Source of the DNA: a virus
Strand: one strand, 5' to 3'
Length of the DNA stretch: 64,000 bases
IMG/VR virus record: IMGVR_UViG_3300000527_000001
Positions 9,488 through 17,226 of the stretch are shown piece by piece. Each line of letters starts with the position of its first letter. Positions within the stretch are counted from its first letter, which is position 1. The position numbers and the translations under genes are program-made. The notes under the pieces are model-generated. The model was given only the letters and a program-made list of their open reading frames with translations. It searched no databases and was not told where the DNA came from.

Positions 9488-10234
9488 TCAAGATTCAGTC
9501 TCGGTTGTCTCGTTTTCGTTGGACTGTTGCTGTAATGCTTCCTTCATTTCCTTTTCGTTAGAAACAATAATTGTTTTAGTGGCATTTCCTTCATTAATCT
9601 GGCTAGCAAGTTCTGCTTTCAGCTTACGAATCTCAGTACGGATCTTTTGGATATTAGCTTGCATCTGACGTAACCGGAGTTTGCGTTCGTCATCCTGGTG
9701 CGTAAGCTCCACATACTGCTTAATAAGTGAGCGAAGCTCGGACATCGCTTTCGACTGTGCATTCAGGAAAGCAGCTTGACGGTCCCATGGAAACTGAATC
9801 TCGTATTCAACTTCCTCCGAGTTAACGGTATTCCGTACTCGTCGAATGTGCTGAATGATTTCTTCACGGTTAGCAACGTACATAATCTTCTGAGACCGAA
9901 GGATTGTTGCGTATTGTATTTTGATTTGATCCCACAATATATCCAGCGGATCTTGTTCATCGATAAAGTCCATCGCTTCCAAAATGTCCGGCGGAATTAG
10001 TTTAGAGAACAGTCCGTGGCGTATGTTGTTGGTGTTTCCAAGCGGAGCTCCTCTGCGGTGATGTAACTCATACGGTTGTTGCAAACGAGTCCAGTTGTAG
10101 CGGGCTCGCCATTGCTTTACCCGTTGCACAGAAACGCCGTACTTCTTTGCGATCTTTCTTACTGCCATTCCTTTTTGGAAGTCTTTTTCGGCTAGTATCC
10201 GTTTCTCTTCTAGTGATAAATGCTCAAGGCTCAT
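9488..10234 (-). CDS. terS: Terminase small subunit
   Basis: N-terminal HTH (IAKKYGVS..VKQWRARYNW), GAPLGNTN..HG motif; directly upstream of TerL. Confidence 0.88.
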   Translation of the reverse strand: MSLEHLSLEEKRILAEKDFQKGMAVRKIAKKYGVSVQRVKQWRARYNWTRLQQPYELHHRRGAPLGNTNNIRHGLFSKLIPPDILEAMDFIDEQDPLDILWDQIKIQYATILRSQKIMYVANREEIIQHIRRVRNTVNSEEVEYEIQFPWDRQAAFLNAQSKAMSELRSLIKQYVELTHQDDERKLRLRQMQANIQKIRTEIRKLKAELASQINEGNATKTIIVSNEKEMKEALQQQSNENETTETES

Positions 10235-10396
10235 GACATCACCCCTTTTGTATATAATCCTCTCAGTGGGATTTGTTTATTACAAAAAAGAAAGACCACT
10301 GATTCGATCAGAGGCCTCTATAAAATAAACCCAGAAGGAGACTCGGTGGAGGAAAGCCCGCATGTAGCAAAAAAACACTGAGCCTTCCATAGATAA

Positions 10397-10425
10397 ATAA
10401 TAAAACATTTTGAGCCATTTGTAAA
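10397..10425 (-). promoter_or_regulatory. Putative promoter for terminase operon
   Basis: TTTACA-17 bp-TATTAT on minus strand; AAGTGAGCG motif just upstream (about 10440). Confidence 0.55.
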
Positions 10426-10453
10426 CAGGCTTTGTAAAAAAGTGAGCGTTTGG

Positions 10454-10715
10454 TTAATCATTCACTGGTTCGTATGTTTCGGCAAAAATATCCGGCTTGC
10501 ACGGATAAAACTCGCCCTTTATTCCTTTAACAATATAATCCCCAATATTAGCGGTCATTACACCTTCTAAAGTGTGGATTTTGATTATCCCTTCTTTTGG
10601 ATAAGTCTCATGAGAGTAGTCCCCCAATAAACTGGTCTACTTCAAGCCAGTTGTCTCCTTTCCACTGAATCGCTTCCACAACTACCGGCTTTTTACGATA
10701 ATATTTTTCCGCCAT
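10454..10715 (-). pseudogene. Frameshifted conserved phage protein (RKKPVVVEA...TLEG...[16 protein letters not shown] family)
   Basis: MAEKYYRKKPVVVEAIQW runs into a stop; removing one base from the C5 run at 10621-10625 restores an 86-aa ORF. Confidence 0.8.
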
Positions 10716-10845
10716 AGATACGCCTCTTTCATTCTGTAAACTGCCACTCCCCGGAGCTATTTCTAAAGTAGAAGAGTGAAGGTTCTCTCAGGGAACGGCA
10801 GTGGATAAAAACAAGAGTTTGGTTTCCTATTAACTGTAGCTACCT

Positions 10846-11028
10846 TTAATCCCTCTTCATACCCAGCATAATATTTATTAAATGTTTATCTATAGAATTA
10901 ATCAATATAATTTCATAGGTGCTAAAACGAGTTAGGCATTCAACACATTCCCTTCGGCGACGAATACCTTTTGATGTGCTCCGGCTGTCGATCACTTTTG
11001 TTTTTGATTGGCAGATAGGACATTTCAT
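10846..11028 (-). CDS. Stand-alone NrdR N-terminal zinc-ribbon protein
   Basis: MKCPIC..TKVIDSR....[16 protein letters not shown] matches the NrdR zinc ribbon; ATP-cone absent. Confidence 0.85.
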   Translation of the reverse strand: MKCPICQSKTKVIDSRSTSKGIRRRRECVECLTRFSTYEIILINSIDKHLINIMLGMKRD

Positions 11029-11055
11029 AATAGTTACCCCCTTAAGTAATGAATA

Positions 11056-11256
11056 TTAAAGGGCCCAAATGAGCAAAATAACTGTTGTAACAAAAAGTAG
11101 AATGTCCACAATCATTAATCCAATAAATAACCTCTGTATCCATCGTTTATAATCGCGGAGCTTAACTCCAACAAGTAATGAGCATGCAACAAAGGTTACA
11201 AGAATAACTGTCAAAGTTAAAAATAATTTTCCTACAATTTCAACTGCAGCTAACAT
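11056..11256 (-). CDS. Small membrane protein (two TM helices)
   Basis: Two hydrophobic segments; RBS GGGAGGAG favours the MLAAV start over the upstream start at 11304. Confidence 0.65.
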   Translation of the reverse strand: MLAAVEIVGKLFLTLTVILVTFVACSLLVGVKLRDYKRWIQRLFIGLMIVDILLFVTTVILLIWAL

Positions 11257-11278
11257 AATAACTCCTCCCACTCTTTTA

Positions 11279-11746
11279 TTAATTAGACCAGTCGGACCAA
11301 TCATAATACTTTCTTGGATTTTGTTTTCGGTAAGTAAAGCGATTATCCTTCATCTGCTGAGGCCCGAAAGTCTTGTTCGTCCGGTCGGCTTTCTCTCCTC
11401 CGCCACCTTTTTTAACTCCTGGACGGTGTACTTCCTCATGATAAACTTCACACCAATCCTTTAGGCCTTTTTCTACTTGTTTTTGGGCCAGTTTTTCCAC
11501 ACGGTGGATTTCATCTTTCAGGCTCATGCTGTAGTCTAGCCCGTTAGGAGACATTGCTTTATTGTAGTCTGCCGCTTGCTTTAACTGCTCCAGGTAACGA
11601 AAAGCATTTTCCTCACGGGCCCAGCACTCAGTATCAGGATCATTCCACAGGTGAAATAGTTGATTAAAAACGGTGCACTGCACGCCATTGTATTTCACGC
11701 AGGTACTGCAATATTCGGCGGCCTTTTTAAGTTTTTCTTTGCTCAT
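11279..11746 (-). CDS. Hypothetical protein with N-terminal Cys cluster
   Basis: CxxC...C...C pattern; RBS AAGGGGG. Confidence 0.7.
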   Translation of the reverse strand: MSKEKLKKAAEYCSTCVKYNGVQCTVFNQLFHLWNDPDTECWAREENAFRYLEQLKQAADYNKAMSPNGLDYSMSLKDEIHRVEKLAQKQVEKGLKDWCEVYHEEVHRPGVKKGGGGEKADRTNKTFGPQQMKDNRFTYRKQNPRKYYDWSDWSN

Positions 11747-12003
11747 CCGTTGCAGAGCCCCCCTTCAGTTGTTGTATAGTGGTTGATATAATTTATCTCC
11801 GCGTTTGTGAGTTTTGGTAAATCTTATATAGGAAACATTTCCTGTTTGGACGAAGGTTGTCCAGAGTGGTGTGTTTTGTTGTTTTTAATTTTAAGGCAAG
11901 ACCACTAAAAATCTATACCTAAAAATCCCATTATTTAACAGTTTACCCCCATTTTATGATATAATAGTTGTAAGTATCTATTATCAGTAGCTATTATCAG
12001 TAG

Positions 12004-12552
12004 CTATTTATTCTTTTTAATCAACTTTTTAACCTCTTTTTCTGCGGGAGTCCCGATTAATGCCACCTTATGGGACTGCCCCCTTTTTTGTGATTCGTAT
12101 ATAATCCATTTCGTACCATTATAATGCTCCAACGTTGCTTCGACTTTTTCCTTACTAAAAGAAACAGCCTTGTGAATGTCCCGTTTGCTAACAGGCCGCT
12201 TCGAGTTTTTCTTCAGGTAGCGAATGATTTTGTTTTTTACTTCAACTCGCTCCTTCACAGTAAAGCCTTTTTTCTTCTTTCGTGTTTTTTTCAGGGAAAG
12301 CCTACGATTAAGCTGAGCTTGGTCCTCGTACTCGTAAATAGTCTTTCTTATCTCACGGACGGATTGTTTAACGTATTCCTGAGCTTCTTCGTCGTCCAAA
12401 AATTCTATTTGAGATTTTATTCCTTCAGTTATTAAAAAGGTTAAAAAGCGGTTACGGCTGCCGTCGAACTCAAAAATAGTTCTCAGCTCGTCCAGTTTTA
12501 AAGCTACTTCTTTAGGAACTCTTATTAATAATCGTTTAAAATTGTCGCTCAT
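12004..12552 (-). CDS. Predicted DNA-binding protein (N-terminal ribbon-helix-helix plus C-terminal winged HTH)
   Basis: KRLLIRVPKEVALKLDEL...SRNRFLTFLI (RHH pattern); KIIRYLKK..VSKRDIHKAV (wHTH pattern); RBS AAAGGAG. Confidence 0.65.
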   Translation of the reverse strand: MSDNFKRLLIRVPKEVALKLDELRTIFEFDGSRNRFLTFLITEGIKSQIEFLDDEEAQEYVKQSVREIRKTIYEYEDQAQLNRRLSLKKTRKKKKGFTVKERVEVKNKIIRYLKKNSKRPVSKRDIHKAVSFSKEKVEATLEHYNGTKWIIYESQKRGQSHKVALIGTPAEKEVKKLIKKNK

Positions 12553-12588
12553 GGTTATCTCCTTTCGTATTATTTATTTCATTAGATA

Positions 12589-12616
12589 ATTATAACATAA
12601 GGCTTTTGTTTGTCCA
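12589..12616 (-). promoter_or_regulatory. Sigma-A-like promoter of the RHH-wHTH gene
   Basis: TGGACA-16 bp-TATAAT with extended TG; abuts first AAGTGTG repeat. Confidence 0.65.
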
Positions 12617-12617
12617 T

Positions 12618-13300
12618 ATAAAGTGTGCATTTTGATAGTGTCAACTTTATAATCCCACTCACATACTCTGGTTAGAATAAAAGTGTGTATTTTAGGTAGT
12701 GACAACTTTTTGTCTCAGTTCACTTTGTTATTTGTTAAAAGTGTGCGGAGCTCGTTTGGTGCAATTACTTAACTTAGCACACTTCAGAAAATGTTGGTGA
12801 AAAAGTGAGCGAAAGAGTCAATTGCCTACATGACATGGTCTCACACTTTTTTTCATTTGAAGTGTGCGGACTCAGGTTTTGTGTAGACTACGGAAAACTC
12901 TCAGTTTTTTGAGCCGTTTTTGGCCATTTTTTAATAAAAAAATCATTAAATTTCTCCTCACACTGGCACTTAAAAATGCTGTAACAAGGCCTTGCGACAC
13001 AGTGGTGACAACATTTAAAGTGTGCGAAGTACAGTCGTAGCACATGCTCTCGCAAGGCCTCGTTGACAGATTTGGGCGCGATACACTCCTCCAACGGTAC
13101 TTTTAGGACCCTTTATAGGGTCCGTTAAGTACCGTTGAGGTGTATCGCGGGTTCTGCTGGATAAACTGTGAGTTTTGTGATGTGTTGTCATGTGAAGTGT
13201 GTATTTTCGTGCACTTTTTGTATAGTGTGCGAGATCCATTTTGTCTAGTTATCAGTTCCGCACACTTTTAAAAATTCCCCTTTGTAAGTGTGCTGAGCTG
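12618..13300. repeat. Structured non-coding element B (about 60-bp-period AAGTGTGCG array, GCCTTGCGA stem, three-helix hairpin)
   Basis: AAGTG(T/A)G(C/T) at 12621, 12681, 12739, 12803, 12860, 13018, 13196, 13286; inverted copies near 12777, 12842, 13260; hairpin 13077-13149. Confidence 0.85.
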
Positions 13301-13328
13301 TAATGTTGACTCCACAGCACAAAGCACT

Positions 13329-13529
13329 TTACTCGATACTCGCCCATTCTTCTTCGCTGTTGACTGTGACCAAAAGATCATGTCCATGTGGAGTAATGAT
13401 TCTCAATTGGCTGCCGACTGTGTCGATAACCTTCATGCGTGTTTCAGGAAATAACAGGTAATAAACATTTTCAACCTGATAATAAATTGCTCGCTTCACA
13501 ATCAACATTCTGTGAACAACCTTCTTCAT
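13329..13529 (-). CDS. Hypothetical protein
   Basis: 66-aa ORF with plausible composition but no clear RBS. Confidence 0.35.
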   Translation of the reverse strand: MKKVVHRMLIVKRAIYYQVENVYYLLFPETRMKVIDTVGSQLRIITPHGHDLLVTVNSEEEWASIE

Positions 13530-13559
13530 AGTTTTTACGAGATTTAACGCGTACGCTCA

Positions 13560-13750
13560 CTAGGCCTGTTACTATTAGCGCGTTAAAACAAAGGCCTCTA
13601 CGCGCCTTCTAACGGCCTTAAACGGCCTGCTAGTATATAGCGCTCCGCGCTAAGCTGCGCTGAACTCTAGCTAAACTCCGGCTGAACTCCCGATCCGAAC
13701 TACGATCGACTCCGAGACCCTCAGTAGGCCAAACGGGCCTGCTAAACGGG
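13560..13750. repeat. Short periodic repeats (GGCCT and GCTGAACTC, about 10-11 bp period) at the strand-divergence point
   Basis: GCTGAACTCTA / GCTAAACTCCG / GCTGAACTCCC at 13659-13691; repeated (AAC)GGCCT. Confidence 0.6.
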
Positions 13751-13892
13751 TAGGGGAAAATATAATAAAGAAAAGAAAAGAAAAATGCGGAGCATATTAT
13801 GTTCCGTGGAATTTTCTTTCCTATTTATATAGCAACTATAGATCCTTCATTCGTCGATGTGGGAATTTTTGCAAAAATCTTCAAAATACCCA

Positions 13893-13950
13893 TTTAGATT
13901 TTGTGGGATTTCGGTTATAATAAAAATGTAAATAAATTAATTAATCAAAC
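13893..13950 (+). promoter_or_regulatory. Early promoter cassette 1
   Basis: TTTAGA-17-TATAAT followed by conserved AAAA.TGTAAA..AATTAATTAA. Confidence 0.85.
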
Positions 13951-13966
13951 CAAGGAGGAGATTCGG

Positions 13967-14185
13967 ATGGAAAACAAAAACTACTTCGAACAATTTTATC
14001 TGGAACAAGAGGTATCCATAATCGCCAAACATTATAAAAACTTAATGCAACAGCTGCAAGGAGCAATGGAACAAAACAATTCGGTGCTTTACACTAACAC
14101 GCTAGAACAAATCGTTCAAGCAAACGAGATTCTTACAAAACGAGGTATATTACCCGAGGTACTACAATTAGTAAATCAAAAATAA
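13967..14185 (+). CDS. Early hypothetical protein
   Basis: RBS AAGGAGG then ATG at 13967 (track start 13901 lies inside the promoter); followed by a terminator. Confidence 0.8.
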   Translation: MENKNYFEQFYLEQEVSIIAKHYKNLMQQLQGAMEQNNSVLYTNTLEQIVQANEILTKRGILPEVLQLVNQK

Positions 14186-14191
14186 TAAAAC

Positions 14192-14222
14192 GGGGGGGTC
14201 CTATCGGACTCCTTTCCTTTTG
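14192..14222 (+). terminator. Intrinsic terminator
   Basis: GGGGTCC-TATC-GGACTCC plus T-rich tail. Confidence 0.65.
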
Positions 14223-14310
14223 TGACTAATTTTAAATTAGGGACGAATAAAACAGGCAGAGGGGCGAATAGGGATTTAGTGTAACTTGTGAAATTTTTAG
14301 AAAAAGCCCA

Positions 14311-14385
14311 TTTAGATTTTGGAGAAATTCTCTTATAATAAAATTGTAAAAATTAATTAAACAAAAAACCCAGAAGGAGAGAAAG
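14311..14385 (+). promoter_or_regulatory. Early promoter cassette 2
   Basis: TTTAGA-17-TATAAT-AAAATTGTAAAAATTAATTAAACAAAAAACCCAGAAGGAG. Confidence 0.85.
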
Positions 14386-14388
14386 AAA

Positions 14389-15063
14389 ATGTTAACACCG
14401 AAACAAGTAGCACAACAATTAGGAGTTACGGATCAAACGGTTCGGAAGGTAGCACGCAAATTATTCGGCAAATCAAACGGTGGATGGAAATTCACCACGG
14501 ATCAAGTGGAACTATTGAAACAACACCTCGGAACAAAGAAAGCTGCAGCCGCTCCGCTGCTAGCAACCCCGCAAATCGACACATCGGCCCTAACTATTCA
14601 ACGGCTGACCGACTTCGCGAACAACTGGCTGCAAGAAACTTACGGAATCGGACTGAAGGTACCAATCGAAATCAGAAGTTCACTAAAACGGACTTTAGGG
14701 TATTTCCAATACAAGCAAAGTAAGAAAGAACCTATTAAAATAGCACTAGCCGCTAAGCTATTCACTCATTATCCCAAAGAAGCGGTATACGACGTATTAA
14801 AGCACGAACTAGTTCACTACGCATTATACATGTTAGATAAACCCCACAAAGACGGCCATCCATACTTCGAGAACGAATTGAAACGCTTAGGGGTGTCCCC
14901 TACTAATACCTATAAGGCCAAAGGATTCTATCACGTATACCGCTGCAGCAGCTGCAACCAAGTTATCTCCCTCCGAGCTAGACAGATTACAAAATTAGAA
15001 AACTACCGCTCCCGCTGCTGCAGGGCAAAACTAAAATACGACGGTTATCAGGAGGTCAAATAA
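14389..15063 (+). CDS. HTH plus SprT-like zinc metalloprotease
   Basis: N-terminal HTH (TPKQVAQQLGVTDQTVRK); HELVH zincin motif, DG..YFE.EL, C-terminal YRC..C / RCC zinc site. Confidence 0.85.
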   Translation: MLTPKQVAQQLGVTDQTVRKVARKLFGKSNGGWKFTTDQVELLKQHLGTKKAAAAPLLATPQIDTSALTIQRLTDFANNWLQETYGIGLKVPIEIRSSLKRTLGYFQYKQSKKEPIKIALAAKLFTHYPKEAVYDVLKHELVHYALYMLDKPHKDGHPYFENELKRLGVSPTNTYKAKGFYHVYRCSSCNQVISLRARQITKLENYRSRCCRAKLKYDGYQEVK

Positions 15064-15262
15064 CCCTCCTTCCTTTTTGTGACTATTTTTACATAAGGCA
15101 TTATCGGAAGAGTATCTCGGGCATCGAAAAGAGCAGGACTGCAGGACCTTTTTTATGAAAGGCTTTTTAAATGGGGATTTTACCTATTTTTGTTTTATTA
15201 AATTAATTATATAATAGGAATGAACACGGAACACAAGAAATTGATAGAAAGGAGGATATAAA

Positions 15263-15541
15263 ATGAAAATCGTTCTTAATGATGTGAAATTTATGGAAGC
15301 TCTTATAAAAGTCGCTGTTGAGCAAGAAAAAAAGGTTCAGGAGGAAATTAAAAGTGACTCCGTGGTTACGGAATCGCAAGGACGAATTAAAGGGTTAATC
15401 TCTACTTTACCTAATGAGTATCAACAACTTATTCATCACGAAATTTCACGTCTGTCCAAAAGATTGATAGAAATTAACCTTAAAGCTGCTAGCACCGTTG
15501 TTACTGAAGCTATTACAAGGGCAACGGAGAGGTACGAATGA
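15263..15541 (+). CDS. Hypothetical protein
   Basis: Strong RBS AAAGGAGG; helical ORF. Confidence 0.75.
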   Translation: MKIVLNDVKFMEALIKVAVEQEKKVQEEIKSDSVVTESQGRIKGLISTLPNEYQQLIHHEISRLSKRLIEINLKAASTVVTEAITRATERYE

Positions 15542-15681
15542 TCTACATCTTATGACATCCGAAAAAATACACTGAGATAAAAACGAATAAGCTGTGGAGA
15601 GTACTTCAGTATCTGTGTAAGGGTTACAAAGTCATAAACAAATACAAATAAAGAAAATAAATTAATAAGGAGGTATTTTGA

Positions 15682-15966
15682 ATGGTAGTTACATTAGTTC
15701 ATGAAAGAACAAAATTAACAAAGCAAGTAAAGGTGGGATTTAGCTGGACTACATTACTTTTCGGCTTTTTCCCCGCTTTATTTAGAGGTGACTTCAAGTG
15801 GGCAATAATTCAATGTTTGCTAAACATCTGTACATTTGGACTATCATCATTAGTATTTGCCTTCCTTTATAACAAAATTTATGTGAGGGAATTAATCGAA
15901 AGGGGATATAAAGCGGCCGATTCCGGTTCTGAGGCTATATTAAAAGCAAAAAGGATAGTAGTTTAA
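15682..15966 (+). CDS. DUF2628-like small membrane protein
   Basis: VKVGFSWTTLLFGFFPALFRGD...YNKIY..LIERGY pattern; RBS AAGGAGGT. Confidence 0.75.
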   Translation: MVVTLVHERTKLTKQVKVGFSWTTLLFGFFPALFRGDFKWAIIQCLLNICTFGLSSLVFAFLYNKIYVRELIERGYKAADSGSEAILKAKRIVV

Positions 15967-15972
15967 TAGAAG

Positions 15973-16167
15973 GTGTTGGCGGGAAAAATGGATAAAATGA
16001 ACATAGAATGGTTTAAAGGGTTTAATGCAGGCGCGAAAGAGCAACGAAAAAAGGATATAGAAAGCTTCGCTAAGCTAATCGAAAATTTAGAGGTGAAAGG
16101 CATCGGGCCAACATTGAAAGCTCGAATAATACAGGCCATTAATGAAAGTGTGGGAAAGGAGAAATAA
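15973..16167 (+). CDS. Hypothetical protein with HhH-like motif
   Basis: VKGIGPTL motif; start may be ATG at 15988. Confidence 0.65.
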   Translation: MLAGKMDKMNIEWFKGFNAGAKEQRKKDIESFAKLIENLEVKGIGPTLKARIIQAINESVGKEK

Positions 16168-16170
16168 GAA

Positions 16171-17094
16171 TTGTCTTCAGAGAGCCACGTCGATTATCAG
16201 TACATGAATATTGCTGACTTTATTTTACGATTTGGGGAGGAACGGCAAGACCGCACCGGAACGGGAGTTATATTGTATTTTTCTCCTCCCCGCTTCGACA
16301 TTGATTTAACTCAGGGCTTTCCGCTGCTGACAACTAAAAAGATGCATATCCGTTCGATTGTTCACGAACTCCTGTGGTTCTTACGAGGAGATACTCACAT
16401 TAAGTATTTGCTAGATCATGGAGTAAGCATTTGGAATCAAGACGCTTATCGCTGGTATCTAGAAAGTCTTCCTAAGGACCAAAAACCACTTAGTTATGAA
16501 GAGTTTATCGAAAAAGCAAAATCGAAAGGTTATAACTTTTATGGATACCTTGGACGAATTTACGGTGCACAATGGCGTAATTGGATTGCTTTCTCGGAGG
16601 GGAAGTTTCGTGCAACAGACCAAATTAAGCAGCTGATTCACGAGCTCCGCAAAAATCCCTACTCGAGACGCCACGTCGTTTCAGCCTGGAACGCCGGGGA
16701 GTTAGACCAGATGGCTTTGCCTCCGTGTCATGTATTATTTCAATGTTATGTAAGTGACGACGGTGGATTGAGCTTGCATATGTATCAACGTTCAGGAGAT
16801 TACTTTCTCGGCGTACCTTTTAACATTGCAAGTTACGCGTTATTAACGCACATGATTGCTCAGGTTACTGGGTATTACGCGAAACGACTAGTAATTACGC
16901 TTGGAGACGCACACATTTATAAAAATCACATTGGTGCCATTTGTGAGCAAGCAAAACGTGAACCAAAGCCATTGCCAAAGCTGTGGATCAACCCAGATAT
17001 TAACAATATCGATGATTTTAAGTTCGAGGATATTGAAATAAGAGGATATGATCCACATCCTGCAATTAAAGCACCGCTTTCAGTAGGCCTTTAA
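16171..17094 (+). CDS. thyA: Thymidylate synthase (canonical, dUMP-specific)
   Basis: DRTGTG, GFPLLTTKK, ELLWFL, SRRH, MALPPCH, YQRSGDYFLGVPFNIASY, GDAHIY. Confidence 0.97.
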   Translation: MSSESHVDYQYMNIADFILRFGEERQDRTGTGVILYFSPPRFDIDLTQGFPLLTTKKMHIRSIVHELLWFLRGDTHIKYLLDHGVSIWNQDAYRWYLESLPKDQKPLSYEEFIEKAKSKGYNFYGYLGRIYGAQWRNWIAFSEGKFRATDQIKQLIHELRKNPYSRRHVVSAWNAGELDQMALPPCHVLFQCYVSDDGGLSLHMYQRSGDYFLGVPFNIASYALLTHMIAQVTGYYAKRLVITLGDAHIYKNHIGAICEQAKREPKPLPKLWINPDINNIDDFKFEDIEIRGYDPHPAIKAPLSVGL

Positions 17095-17124
17095 AACGGA
17101 GCTTTTCAACTCCGTTTTTTCTTT
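17093..17124 (+). terminator. Intrinsic terminator after thyA
   Basis: AAAACGGAG...CTCCGTTTTTT. Confidence 0.75.
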
Positions 17125-17155
17125 GTGGTTATGGCGGGGATTTTGATTTAGGCCA

Positions 17156-17224
17156 TTTACAAACCCATTGATTTTGGCTTAAAATAAAATTGTAAAAATT
17201 AATTAATCAAATCCTGAAAGGAGA
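17156..17224 (+). promoter_or_regulatory. Early promoter cassette 3
   Basis: TTTACA-18-TAAAAT-AAAATTGTAAAAATTAATTAATCAAA plus RBS. Confidence 0.75.
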
Positions 17225-17226
17225 CG

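Larger units (their letters stand above)
1..12861. repeat. First copy of a 12,861-bp direct repeat (genome wrap-around; unit length 51,139 bp)
   Basis: Sequence at 1 reappears at 51140; every ORF in 97-12552 recurs with identical translation at +51139. Confidence 0.98.

Noticed and set aside
152..10000. Numerous plus-strand ORFs antisense to structural genes, and minus-strand ORFs within replication genes
   Set aside because: Shadow ORFs of real genes; no RBS or recognisable motifs
11978..12008. 13-bp tandem duplication CTATTATCAGTAG
   Set aside because: Only two copies, at a gene end; most likely slippage
12888..13239. Two short minus-strand ORFs (68 and 74 aa)
   Set aside because: They overlap the structured repeat element, lack RBSs and have atypical composition
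12618..13300. CRISPR array
   Set aside because: Conserved part is only about 9 bp, degenerate and in both orientations; no 23-47-bp identical repeats and no cas operon (the Cas4-like gene sits in a Sak4/SSB recombination module)
4740..13300. Invertible segment or transposon bounded by elements A and B
   Set aside because: Arms are too diverged, no recombinase or transposase is recognised, and enclosed genes are co-oriented with the rest of the late arm
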